From an uncultured Acidobacteriota bacterium (GTDB taxonomy: Bacteria > Acidobacteriota > Terriglobia > Acidiferrales > UBA7541): 64,000 nucleotides of DNA. The notes beneath the pieces were generated by a model. That model was not told the DNA's origin. It searched no databases and saw only the letters and a program-made list of their open reading frames with translations. Positions within the stretch are counted from its first letter, which is position 1. Every line of letters starts with the position of its first letter. This document shows positions 17,045-26,846 of this stretch, one piece after another. The stretch is taken from assembly GCA_963751935.1 (NCBI GenBank), contig CAVVWI010000006.1, positions 530,153-594,152 of the forward strand, read 5' to 3'. The position numbers and the translations under genes were made by a program.

Positions 17045-18478
17045 ATGCTTCAAAGGACCCTGTTCGCCCTTTGGCTTTTGACGTTTGCCGCGCCGGCGGC
17101 CTTGCACGCGTGCGCATGCTCCCAAGCCCCGCCCGGAAAGTGCCCCGGCTTGCAGAAGGACGACGTCGTTTTTCTCGGCACAGTAACGGAAATTGCGCCT
17201 GTCGCGCGAGCGACTGCCCCCGCAGACGCCGGCGGCCAGGCGGGTGCGATCCCGCCGGCGCCGATCTGGCGCTACCATTTTCATATCGATGAGAGGTTTG
17301 CCGGTCCTGACGCGGCCGAGATTGATGTTTTCTCCGGCGGCGATGACGGCGATTGCGGCTACCGCTTCAAAAAGAGCGAGCAGTATGTCGTCTTCACGCA
17401 ACAGGAGACGGAAGGCCGTCTATTCGCCACGATTTGCAACGGCACGCGCCCCGCGAGCGATGGACTCGCGCTGCTACCGCAGTTGCGCGCGATGCGCGAA
17501 GGCAAGCGCGTAGCTTCGGTGTTCGGCGTTTTGCGCCGAGCCGAGCCGCCCACGCTCGCGCTGCCCGACGATCCCGACGATCCGCTTCCAAACGTCGCTC
17601 TGAAATTGCGCTCCCAATACGACCGCTTCACCGCGACGACGGATCAGAATGGCGTCTACTCGTTTTATGACGTTCACGCTGGCGAATATCGCTACACAGC
17701 CGATCTTCCACCGACCATGCAATTGACTAAGAGAACCCTCACCGGCCCGCTCCCCATGTTCAAGATTCCCGGCGAGGCCTGCTACGAATACAACGTGGAC
17801 GCGCTTCCCACGGGTCATATTCAGGGGACGGTGCTGGGTCCGGACGGCAAGCCGTTGAGGCTGGCGTCGGTCGAGCTCTTTCGCGTCGGCACGTACAACG
17901 GCTCGCGTTCAGGGCTGTGGACGTTCCAAGGCTTTAGGGGCGTCTTCGATTTCGACCACATCGGCCCTGGCGAATACATCATCGTCTACAATCGCGGTAA
18001 TCGCATCAATCCGAATTCGCCGTTTCGGCGCACGTTCTATCCCGGCACCACCGACCTGAGCGAGGCGCAGCCGATCGCGCTGAAACAGGGGCAGGATTTG
18101 GTCAAAGTGAATTTCGCGGTGAAGGATAGTTACCCTACGCGCGAACTGCGCGTCCATTTGAGCTGGAAGGATGGAAAGCCGCCCGGCACCGTGACCGTGA
18201 TGGCGAAAGCCGATAAGGGCGATAACCCTGCTGCGTCAAAAATTGACGATGGCACGTACGCCTTCACTCTGATCGAAGGCGCGCATTACACATTTTCCGC
18301 GTGGGAAGATCTGGATCCATCGCGAGCCGCCGCGTCGCGCCAAGGCAACAGTGATTGCACCGCGCCCGCTCGCATGGATTCCGATTCGATCGCGGTCGAC
18401 GGAGCCGACGAAGCCACCAAGGAAATCACGCTGACGTTCGCGAGCCCGCAATGTAACGCGCCGCAACCTCAGCCTTGA
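17045..18478 (+). CDS. secreted protein: N-terminal TIMP/NTR-like module plus carboxypeptidase-regulatory-like (Ig-fold) domains
   Basis: Signal peptide MLQRTLFALWLLTFAAPAALHA, then mature CACSQAPPGKCPGLQKDDVVFLGTV ... DCGYRF ... YVVFTQQETEGRLFATICNG. Later GHIQGTVLGPDGKPLRLASVELF. Confidence 0.75.
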   Translation: MLQRTLFALWLLTFAAPAALHACACSQAPPGKCPGLQKDDVVFLGTVTEIAPVARATAPADAGGQAGAIPPAPIWRYHFHIDERFAGPDAAEIDVFSGGDDGDCGYRFKKSEQYVVFTQQETEGRLFATICNGTRPASDGLALLPQLRAMREGKRVASVFGVLRRAEPPTLALPDDPDDPLPNVALKLRSQYDRFTATTDQNGVYSFYDVHAGEYRYTADLPPTMQLTKRTLTGPLPMFKIPGEACYEYNVDALPTGHIQGTVLGPDGKPLRLASVELFRVGTYNGSRSGLWTFQGFRGVFDFDHIGPGEYIIVYNRGNRINPNSPFRRTFYPGTTDLSEAQPIALKQGQDLVKVNFAVKDSYPTRELRVHLSWKDGKPPGTVTVMAKADKGDNPAASKIDDGTYAFTLIEGAHYTFSAWEDLDPSRAAASRQGNSDCTAPARMDSDSIAVDGADEATKEITLTFASPQCNAPQPQP

Positions 18479-18487
18479 TCCTGAACT

Positions 18488-20962
18488 TTATTCATCGCGA
18501 AGCGCCGTCATAGGATCGACTCGCATTGCACGTCGCCCCGGAACATAGCAGGCTAGAGCTGCTGCTGAGAGCAGCACGACCGACACACCCGCAAATGTAA
18601 GCGGGTCCGTCTGCTTGACTCCAAAGAGCAGACTGGCGAGCAGTGACGTTGAAGCGAGCGCCGCGACAATTCCTAGAATCAACCCAGAAACTGTGAGGCG
18701 CATTCCCTGCCCGACCACCAGGCGGAAAATATCGCGTGGCTGCGCGCCGAGTGCCATGCGAACGCCGATTTCGCTTGTGCGTCGCGCGACACTGAAGGCT
18801 AGCGCGCCATAGAGGCCCACGCAGGTCAGCGTTAGCGCAAGAATGCTGAACACGCCGCAGAGCGCCGCGATCAACCGGTCGGGATGCAGCGATTCGTCGA
18901 CTTGCTCGCGAAGGGTTTTGACACTCGTGATGGTGACAGAGCCATCGAGCGACCGAAGAATGTCGCGCAGGGGACCAGCGAAACTCTTGGCGGACCTGCT
19001 GGCTCGAATTTCCAGCTCTCCATGCGTACCCGGGAGGTAAAAGAAATCGACGGGACCTTCACGCAGATCGTTGTACTTGGAGTCCGCGACCACACCAACG
19101 ATTTCGAGCGGAGGGCGCTTTCCTTCGACGAAGCGGAAATGCTTCCCGAGCGGACTGGCATCGCCGAAGAAGCGGTGAGCCATCGTTTGGTTGATAATCG
19201 CCACAGTCGTTGACTGATAGGATTGCGAAATCGGGTGAATGTCTGCTTGCGTGAAATCACGGCCCTCCAGAAGAGGAATTCCCATAGTTTCAAAATAGTC
19301 TGGTGAGACCCCGACGAACCGCTCATTCGCCACTTCTCCAGATCGCAACGTGTAACCGTCAACGGTTACGTTGACGCCGACCTCCTTGCCGCTGATCGGG
19401 CTAAAGCTCGCGTAGGCGGCGGAATGCACTTCTGGAAGCTGTCTGACTCTTTCGAGAAGTTGATCGTAGAACACGGCTATCTGATCGCGGGTCCGAGAGG
19501 CCGAGTACCCGTTCATTGTGACAATCCAAACGCTGTCGCGATTGAATCCCGGGTCGAACGTTTCGAGGTTAAAAAGACTGTGCAACAGGAGCCCGGCACT
19601 CGCCAAAAGCGCCATCGACACCGCCACTTGCGCAACGAGTAGAATGCTTCCGAGCTTCGATTGTGTCGATGACCGGTGAAGTCCGCTTCCCTGCACCTTG
19701 AGATCTTCCGCAAGTTCGCCACGGGTTGCGGAGAGCGCCGGTGCGAGTCCGCAGACAACGACGGTGAGCAACAGAGCAAGGGCAGTGAAGAGCAGGGACC
19801 TCGCGTTCAATCCGGTTGAAAGCGCGATCGGAAACCGGGGAGTGGAAAGGGATACTACCAAAAGATGGCTCGCCCAAAGTCCTATGACCAGTCCGGCCAC
19901 CGCGCCTGCGGACGCTAGGAGCATACTTTCTGTGAGGAGCTGCCGAACCACACGCCATCGTCCCGCCCCCAGGGCCAGCCTAACGGTGAATTCCCTCTTA
20001 CGCGCCATGCCACGCGCCAGCAAGAGATTCGCTACATTCCCACAGGCAATCAGCAGCAAGAGTCCTACAACGGTCATGAGGATACGGGCAGGCAGTGAAA
20101 ATTTCGTGCGCGCTTCCGAGAGGCCGCGAGCAGCAGGAGTCACCAGCACGTGGGCGTAATTCTCGTCGAGCTCGATTTGAGGAATGCCCGACTTTTTATC
20201 GGCCTGTTGCAACAGCGGCTCCAAACCCGCCTGCGCTTGCTGGATCGAAACGCCTGGTTTTAGCCGTGCGAGGATCGTCACCCATTGCGCCTGCCAATAG
20301 TCCTGTGATGGCAGGTCAGTGACACCCATCGGCACGTAGAAATCGGGGGCCTCTCCTACCTCCGCACCGAAAAATTCAGGCGGCGCGACGCCGATCACAG
20401 TGTAGGAACGCTCCGGTGCAGGCCCAGCTCGACTCGCATCGGCTTGATCTCCGAACGAGAGCGTTCTGCCAATTGCGTTCGGATCAGAATCAAACTCGCT
20501 CTTCCAGAAATTGAAGCTCACCACGATGGCCGGGGGACCATTCTCGTCATTGTTACTGAACAGGTGCCCCACGAACGGGCGCACGCCCAGGGCGATGAAA
20601 TAGCTCCCCGAGACGACCTCGCCATTAGCCAAGATCGTGCGGCCGTTGTGGTTCACCTCGTAAGGTGCAACCCGTGAAAATGCTAGCACGCTTGAAAAAA
20701 CTCGCGCTTGGTCACGATAGAGATGGAACGTCTCACCCTCGGATATCTCCGCAGGTCCAAGCGTGCCGGTGGAATTCACCCAGACGAGTTCGTCGGGATC
20801 GTGGACGGGAAGTTTGCGAAGCAGGAGCGGATCGAGAATCGAGAAGATAGCTGTGTTCGCGCCCATGCCGAGAGCGAGGGTTAAGACGGCGAGCGTGGTG
20901 AATCCGGCATTCTTGCTAAGGACGCGCAGCGCATAACGCACGTCCAGCCACAAGCTTTGCAT
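18488..20962 (-). CDS. ADOP-family duplicated MacB/FtsX-like permease
   Basis: 824 aa. MQSLWLDVRYALRVLSKNAGFT N-terminus and RRAMRVDPMTALRDE C-terminus. Confidence 0.9.
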   Translation of the reverse strand: MQSLWLDVRYALRVLSKNAGFTTLAVLTLALGMGANTAIFSILDPLLLRKLPVHDPDELVWVNSTGTLGPAEISEGETFHLYRDQARVFSSVLAFSRVAPYEVNHNGRTILANGEVVSGSYFIALGVRPFVGHLFSNNDENGPPAIVVSFNFWKSEFDSDPNAIGRTLSFGDQADASRAGPAPERSYTVIGVAPPEFFGAEVGEAPDFYVPMGVTDLPSQDYWQAQWVTILARLKPGVSIQQAQAGLEPLLQQADKKSGIPQIELDENYAHVLVTPAARGLSEARTKFSLPARILMTVVGLLLLIACGNVANLLLARGMARKREFTVRLALGAGRWRVVRQLLTESMLLASAGAVAGLVIGLWASHLLVVSLSTPRFPIALSTGLNARSLLFTALALLLTVVVCGLAPALSATRGELAEDLKVQGSGLHRSSTQSKLGSILLVAQVAVSMALLASAGLLLHSLFNLETFDPGFNRDSVWIVTMNGYSASRTRDQIAVFYDQLLERVRQLPEVHSAAYASFSPISGKEVGVNVTVDGYTLRSGEVANERFVGVSPDYFETMGIPLLEGRDFTQADIHPISQSYQSTTVAIINQTMAHRFFGDASPLGKHFRFVEGKRPPLEIVGVVADSKYNDLREGPVDFFYLPGTHGELEIRASRSAKSFAGPLRDILRSLDGSVTITSVKTLREQVDESLHPDRLIAALCGVFSILALTLTCVGLYGALAFSVARRTSEIGVRMALGAQPRDIFRLVVGQGMRLTVSGLILGIVAALASTSLLASLLFGVKQTDPLTFAGVSVVLLSAAALACYVPGRRAMRVDPMTALRDE

Positions 20963-21070
20963 CGGCTAAGACTCCGAACTTCGATGCCTTCTAGTTTATC
21001 GGACCACGCTACGGAGGGACGTTGTTAGTGAAAGTCAGGCGACAATTGGGTAACGAGGCTGTGCATCGCG

Positions 21071-23179
21071 TCAGTCCGCGGCTTTCTCGGCGGGAATCGC
21101 GGGGCCTTCGCCTTTCACATAGTGGCCGAACCAGGCGAGGTTGCGCTCGTAGCGATCCTTGATGAACGACGGCCGGCGAAATTCGTGGTATTGCCCTGGA
21201 TACACGACAAGTAGCGTCGGCACGCCGAGCCTTTTCAGGCTTTCGAACATCTGCTCGCCATTAATGATCGGAACATTCCAGTCGACGTCACCGCCCATCA
21301 CCATCGTCGGCGTGGTGATTTTCGTGACGCGACTGAAGGGCGAGAGCTTCTCCCACAGCGCGCGATTTTCCCACGGCAGTCCTAGCTCGATTTCCCACTC
21401 GCGAACGTACAGATCGTGGCCCCAGTTCGTGACGTAGAGAAATTCACCCGCATCGGAAATCGCGGCCTTAAATCGCGTGGTCTGCGTGATGATGAAATTC
21501 GTCGAAATTGCGCCGTACGAGTGGCCTCCGACGCCCAGCTTGTCGGGATCGGCAATTCCCTGCGCAACTGCGTAGTCGACGATCGCCATGTCGTCCTGGA
21601 AATCCTTGTTGCCCCAGTCGGCATAGATCGCTTTGCAGAAATCCTCGCCGTAGCCGGACGAACCGCGCGGATTCGGCGTCAGCACCACGTAACCGTTGGC
21701 CGCATAAAGCTGCGGCTGAAAATTGAATTCCGCATAGTAGGCCCACACCGGCCCGCCGTGAGGCTGCAGGATCGCAGGGTAACGCACGCCCGGCTTGTAA
21801 TCGGGCGGCTTGTATAAATAGCCGGCGACGGATGTGCCATCCTTACTTTTGAAATGAACGTACTCGACGCTCGGCAAGCGAATCTGCGACATCAGCGCAT
21901 CGTTCGTCGTTGTGAGTCTTCGCAGCTCGCCTCCCGCCGGCAGAAGATAGACTTCGTCCGGGCGCTCCACCGTCCCTATTTGCGCCGCAACGCTGCCATC
22001 CGTGGAAATCGAATAGGAATCAACTGTTAGGCGCCCGCCGATGGGGCGCGTGATTTCGCCGCCTGCGGCTGGAATGCGCAGCACGTTCTGCGTGCCGTCA
22101 TCATCCGCGATGAAGTAAATCCATTTGCCGTCAGTGGAAAAGCGCGGCGAAGACACATTCCGATCGAGCGTGCGCGTAAGAACCTTTTCCTCGCCGCCGC
22201 CGGATGGAGCGATAGCCAGATGAAACGTGGCGTACTGAAAGAGCTTGGGATCGAGCTGGCTGGTGAATGCGATCCATTTCCCGTCAGGCGACCATGCTGG
22301 CGCGCCGTACGTACCGGGACCCGTCGTGACGCGAACCAGATTCTTCCCCTGGTCGGCGTTGTCGGCAGCAACCACCCAGATGTTGTCGTTGAAATTGCGA
22401 TCCGGATCTGCCGAGCGATTGCTGACAAAGGCAATCGAGCGTCCGTCCGGCGACCATGCAGGAGCCGTGTCGTCATAATCGCCCGAAGTGACTTGCGTCA
22501 TTTTGCGATCGCCGAGATTGAAAACGTAAAGATGGGTTCGGTGGCGGTCGAGATAGCCGATTTCGTCGTCCTTGAAGTGCAGACGGTCGATCACCCAGGG
22601 CCGCGGCTTGGGTTTTGGTTTGTCGTCCGCGTCCTTGTCGGCTTCCTTGTGACGAGCGGCTTCGAGCTCATCGGGCGTCGGATCTTGCAGCACCAGCACA
22701 AGGCGGTCGCCGGAGGGCGACCACTCGAAATCACTCACGTCCTGAATTGCGTCGGTGAGCTGCTGCGCTTCCCCACCGCTGCGGTTCAGGAGCCAAACCT
22801 GCTTCTTCCCTTCCTCGCGCTCCGAGAGAAACGCGAGATATTTTCCGTCAGGACTCCAGCGCGGATGCGACGACGAGACGCTCTCCGCGGTGAGCGGTAT
22901 CGCTTCGCCGCCGCTCGTCGCCACCATCCAGATTCGCTCTTCGTTTTTGTCCTCTTTGAGGTTCCGTGTCTCAATCGTGTAGGCCACCCATTTCGCTTCG
23001 GGGCTGATCTGCGAATCGGCCACTCCCTTGATCCGAAAATAATCGTCCGCCGTGAGATTTCGCTTCTGCGGCGACGCCTCCTGCGCATTAGCCGCTGAGA
23101 AGCTTGGCGCAAACGAAGGGAGCACTAGAAGCGTGAGGAGCGAAACAAACGCGACGCGAAACCCGATCTTCATCGTCAA
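21071..23179 (-). CDS. S9-family serine peptidase (prolyl oligopeptidase/acylaminoacyl peptidase) with TolB-like beta-propeller
   Basis: Repeated PRWSPDGK/PAWSPDG propeller motifs. GGHSYGA nucleophile elbow. Signal peptide. Confidence 0.9.
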   Translation of the reverse strand: MTMKIGFRVAFVSLLTLLVLPSFAPSFSAANAQEASPQKRNLTADDYFRIKGVADSQISPEAKWVAYTIETRNLKEDKNEERIWMVATSGGEAIPLTAESVSSSHPRWSPDGKYLAFLSEREEGKKQVWLLNRSGGEAQQLTDAIQDVSDFEWSPSGDRLVLVLQDPTPDELEAARHKEADKDADDKPKPKPRPWVIDRLHFKDDEIGYLDRHRTHLYVFNLGDRKMTQVTSGDYDDTAPAWSPDGRSIAFVSNRSADPDRNFNDNIWVVAADNADQGKNLVRVTTGPGTYGAPAWSPDGKWIAFTSQLDPKLFQYATFHLAIAPSGGGEEKVLTRTLDRNVSSPRFSTDGKWIYFIADDDGTQNVLRIPAAGGEITRPIGGRLTVDSYSISTDGSVAAQIGTVERPDEVYLLPAGGELRRLTTTNDALMSQIRLPSVEYVHFKSKDGTSVAGYLYKPPDYKPGVRYPAILQPHGGPVWAYYAEFNFQPQLYAANGYVVLTPNPRGSSGYGEDFCKAIYADWGNKDFQDDMAIVDYAVAQGIADPDKLGVGGHSYGAISTNFIITQTTRFKAAISDAGEFLYVTNWGHDLYVREWEIELGLPWENRALWEKLSPFSRVTKITTPTMVMGGDVDWNVPIINGEQMFESLKRLGVPTLLVVYPGQYHEFRRPSFIKDRYERNLAWFGHYVKGEGPAIPAEKAAD

Positions 23180-23343
23180 GAATACCTCCGAGTGAATTCG
23201 CCCACAGACGCGGCCGGGCAGTATACCAAATGCTTTTTGTCGCCAACGCCAAAAAGAAAAGCGGGCAGATTCGAGTATCTGCCCGCTTCAAGTTACATAG
23301 TTCGCGGAGATGGGTTAGAGATTACCGGAGAAAATGAAGCCGC

Positions 23344-23685
23344 TCAGCTGCCCTTCGCCATTGTGAGCGAGTCGACGTGAATCGTGTTGCCGTCCATCGT
23401 GCCCGTCACGGTTACGTTGTGGCCTTCGTGCCCTGCAGCCTTGTCCTGCGGATCGAGCACGTACACTTTCTTGTCGGCCGGGTTATACAGCGCGTACTTT
23501 GCGCCGTGCTCTTTCACGCAGGTCTTCGTGCAGTCGGCCTTGGCCGCGCTGGCATCCTTCGCTCCGCACATGTCGTTGGTGACGACGCCCGACCATGTGC
23601 CCTTCTTGGCCATATCCTGTCCCGCGAGGGCCATTCCGCCCACGAAAAGAAGTGCTGCCGTACAAAACATCAGACGCTTCACCAT
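23344..23685 (-). CDS. small secreted Cys-containing protein
   Basis: 113 aa from MVKRLMFCTAALLFVGGMALA with a GAGGAGG RBS. The listed ORF extends to 23850 but without coding character. Confidence 0.6.
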   Translation of the reverse strand: MVKRLMFCTAALLFVGGMALAGQDMAKKGTWSGVVTNDMCGAKDASAAKADCTKTCVKEHGAKYALYNPADKKVYVLDPQDKAAGHEGHNVTVTGTMDGNTIHVDSLTMAKGS

Positions 23686-23952
23686 TGTTGATTCCTCCTC
23701 AGCTGAAAACTTGTGACCGCCGCCCCGCGATACTGTGTCACTAATCTTGGCCTTTGTCCAGCATTCCTGGCCGCGCGGAAGGGGTAAGCCCATTCCTTTC
23801 AGAGTAACGATCAGCGATTGCCCCCCACTGCCGTTGTTCCGTATCGGCACACCGGTTCACGGCGTGTTTTCCATTGCTGCTTTTGGAAACCTGCATCAAT
23901 CAGCGCGTCAACGCCCGACCCAGTTGGCCGATGAGAAACCAGAGGGAAGACT

Positions 23953-25995
23953 TTGTCTCACCTGGTTCGACGAAGGATCGTCGCGGCAAGAGGCCGCCTC
24001 TCCGTGTTGGTTCGCGCCGCCGGGATACCCTTGTTATTCTTCTTCGTCTTCTTTCCGGCCCACGCGCAGAACGCAAATACCGACCTTACCAGCCAGAGCC
24101 TCGAAGACTTGATGAAGATCGACGTTATCTCCGCTTCCAAGAAATCGGAAAGCCTTTCGAAGGCGCCGGCCGCAATCTTCGTTATCACAGCGGAAGACAT
24201 TATCCGCGGCGGGTTCTCCTCGGTGCCGGACGCGCTGCGCATGGTCCCGGGCTTATACGTTGCCCAGCAGAGCGCGCACGAATGGCTGGTGAGTGCTCGC
24301 GGCTTCAGCAATGCCTTCAACGACAAAATGCTCGTCCTCATCGACGGCCGGATTGTGTATTCAACGACGTTCGGAGGCATCTACTGGGATGTGCAGGACC
24401 CGCCGCTCGAGGATATCGACCGCATCGAGGTAATTCGCGGGCCGGGCGGCACCCTCTGGGGCGCAAACGCCGTAAACGGCGTGGTCAACATCATCACCAA
24501 GGAAACAGCAAAGACGCAGGGACCACAAGTTTCCACTTCCGCTGGTGTCAACGAGGGGTACGCGGCTCGCGTGCGCTACGGCGGAAGCGCGGGCGACAAT
24601 TTCGCCTACCGTCTCTACGGAACGAGCAACTACTGGTTGCCTACTGTCAATGCAGCTGGCGCCGAAAACAACGACACTTGGAACATCTCGCAGGGGGGTG
24701 CGCGCTTCGATTGGACGCTATCGCCAAAGGACGCCATCACTTTTGACGCGGAGGGTTATTCGGGCCGCATCCAAGATACGGCCGAAATCTTCAGCCCGGT
24801 ATCCCCTCCCGCGCCGGTCGATTACACCACCGTGGTCAAGGGTGGTCACGTTCTGGCGCGTTGGGAACACACATACGGGGAGCGGGCTTCCACGGATGTC
24901 TTGGGTTATTGTGACTGGAATGACCGCGTCGCTATCATCGACACGGATTACCGAACCACGTGCGACGTGGAACTGCAACACAACTATGCAATCTCGAACA
25001 GGCAAACGCTGACGGTGGGCGGCGGAATCACAACCACGCAGGATACGTGGCCGCCCACGTTCACCGTGAGCTTCTTGCAGCCGTCCAACCGCTACACCAC
25101 CTACAGCGGCTTGATTCAGTATGACGTTGCGCTGGTTCCTGGCACGCTTCGCGTGATCGCCGGTTCGAAGTTCGAACACAACAGTTACACGGGCTTCGAG
25201 TATCAGCCGCAGATTCGCGCGGTCTGGACCCCCAATCAGTCGAACACGATCTGGGTGGCAATTTCGCGCGGGGTGCGAACGCCTCCCAAGATTGATGAGG
25301 GCATTCGAGAGCGGTTTGCCCAAATCAATCCCAACCCTCCGCCGCTCACGTTCATTCTCATCTCGGGAGCGCCGGGCACCGAATCGGAAATCCTCCACGC
25401 TTACGAACTGGGATATCGGTACGAGCGGGGAGAGAAATTCTCAGCTGACGCGGCAATCTATTACAACGGTTACGGCGACCTGACCGGACTGGGAGCCCCC
25501 GGCGCGCCGATTGTCAACCCGTCGCCGTTCTTCATCGACATTCCCGAGGTTGTCGAAAATCAGGAGCGCGGCCAGACGCACGGACTCGAACTTTCGGTCC
25601 GCTACGTTCCGGTTCGTCGTTGGACAATCTTGGCGACGATCACCGAACTCCGTGGCAACTCGACACCTGGCACGGGGTTTCCCGCTGTGGCGAATAACAC
25701 CAGGCAGCAAGTAAACGCTCAATCGCGTCTCGATCTGACGCGTCACCTGAACTTCGATTCCACTTGGTATCATTACAATGCCATTCCGGGGGAGGTGCCA
25801 CTCATTAATCGCGTCGATGTGGGCGTCTCCGCCAATCCCTTCCATGGGTTCACGTTCTCGGTGTGGGGCCGAAATCTTCAGCAAGATCATCACTTGGAAA
25901 CCGTTCCCCAAGTCTTCCTGTCGGGCGAAGTCCGCCGCTCCGTCGCTTTCAAGATTCTCTGGGAGCCAAAGACCACCAACACCTCGACGAAGTAA
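23953..25995 (+). CDS. TonB-dependent receptor
   Basis: Plug-domain motifs (SLEDLMKIDVISASKKSESLSKAPAAIFVITAEDI, VPGLYV, IDRIEVIRGPGGTLWGANAVNGVVNI) and a beta-barrel C-terminus. TTG start is uncertain. Confidence 0.9.
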   Translation: MSHLVRRRIVAARGRLSVLVRAAGIPLLFFFVFFPAHAQNANTDLTSQSLEDLMKIDVISASKKSESLSKAPAAIFVITAEDIIRGGFSSVPDALRMVPGLYVAQQSAHEWLVSARGFSNAFNDKMLVLIDGRIVYSTTFGGIYWDVQDPPLEDIDRIEVIRGPGGTLWGANAVNGVVNIITKETAKTQGPQVSTSAGVNEGYAARVRYGGSAGDNFAYRLYGTSNYWLPTVNAAGAENNDTWNISQGGARFDWTLSPKDAITFDAEGYSGRIQDTAEIFSPVSPPAPVDYTTVVKGGHVLARWEHTYGERASTDVLGYCDWNDRVAIIDTDYRTTCDVELQHNYAISNRQTLTVGGGITTTQDTWPPTFTVSFLQPSNRYTTYSGLIQYDVALVPGTLRVIAGSKFEHNSYTGFEYQPQIRAVWTPNQSNTIWVAISRGVRTPPKIDEGIRERFAQINPNPPPLTFILISGAPGTESEILHAYELGYRYERGEKFSADAAIYYNGYGDLTGLGAPGAPIVNPSPFFIDIPEVVENQERGQTHGLELSVRYVPVRRWTILATITELRGNSTPGTGFPAVANNTRQQVNAQSRLDLTRHLNFDSTWYHYNAIPGEVPLINRVDVGVSANPFHGFTFSVWGRNLQQDHHLETVPQVFLSGEVRRSVAFKILWEPKTTNTSTK

Positions 25996-26109
25996 GGCAC
26001 CTCGTAGCGGGCTCGATGCCAAATCGAGGAGGAGTTCCATCGCCAGCAACTACACCGGAACCAGCACCACTTTTTTACTTACGTTTTCCTCTCCTGTAAC
26101 ATCCCACTC

Positions 26110-26790
26110 GTGAAGCCTTTGGAGTTGCTCGGCCAGGCGCTTTCTCGAGACGGTACCGTCCTGAAGCTGATGCGTCGCAGCGACGAGTACATCATCCTCG
26201 CCAACGGCAAGAGCCTAATGTCGAGCCGCATGCACGGCTCGGAGGAAGCGCTCGCAACGTTCGCCTGCCGCCAGGCGTTGAAGCTGGAGCGGCCCAGCGT
26301 GCTTATAGGCGGCCTCGGCATGGGTTTCACGCTGCGCGCAACGCTCAATCTTCTGCCGCCGGACGCGACGGTTCTCGTGGCCGAGATAGTGCCCGCGGTA
26401 GTCGAGTGGAATCGCGGCCCGCTCGCAGCGTTGGCCGGACACCCGCTGACGGATGCGCGCGTGCGCGTCGAAATCGATGACGTCGCCGTCACACTCGCTT
26501 CGCGCCTCGGCCAGTTCGACGCCGTGCTGCTTGACGTGGACAACGGACCGGCCGGTCTTACCGCGTCGAGCAACGACTGGCTCTACGATGACCGCGGAAT
26601 CGCCGCCGCCTTCGCTGCTCTCAAGATGGACGGGGTGCTGGCCGTCTGGTCGGCCCGAGAGGACCGAAAATTCGAGCGACGCCTCCGCCATGGGAGGTTC
26701 GCCGTCGAAGTGGAGCACGTGCGCGGCCGCCTGAAAAGGGGCGGGCCCCGGCACACGATCTTTCTGGGTCACAAGTCTCCGGGAAGATGA
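26110..26790 (+). CDS. spermidine-synthase-like SAM-dependent methyltransferase-fold protein
   Basis: VLIGGLGMGFTLRA ... VAEIVPAVVEWN ... FDAVLLDVDNGP pattern. GTG start. Confidence 0.7.
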   Translation: MKPLELLGQALSRDGTVLKLMRRSDEYIILANGKSLMSSRMHGSEEALATFACRQALKLERPSVLIGGLGMGFTLRATLNLLPPDATVLVAEIVPAVVEWNRGPLAALAGHPLTDARVRVEIDDVAVTLASRLGQFDAVLLDVDNGPAGLTASSNDWLYDDRGIAAAFAALKMDGVLAVWSAREDRKFERRLRHGRFAVEVEHVRGRLKRGGPRHTIFLGHKSPGR

Positions 26791-26846
26791 TATTGCACGA
26801 CCCATCGGGTTGACTTTGTTCCGATTCGCAGTCTACGCTCAGTTGT

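Noticed and set aside
23700-23952. Possible cobalamin riboswitch upstream of the TonB-dependent receptor (CCCCCCACTGCCG resembles the GCCACTG core)
   Set aside because: I could not find the other conserved elements (GGGAA...GGTG...AA.TCC stem set and the B12 box) by eye. An Infernal scan with RF00174 is needed before any claim.
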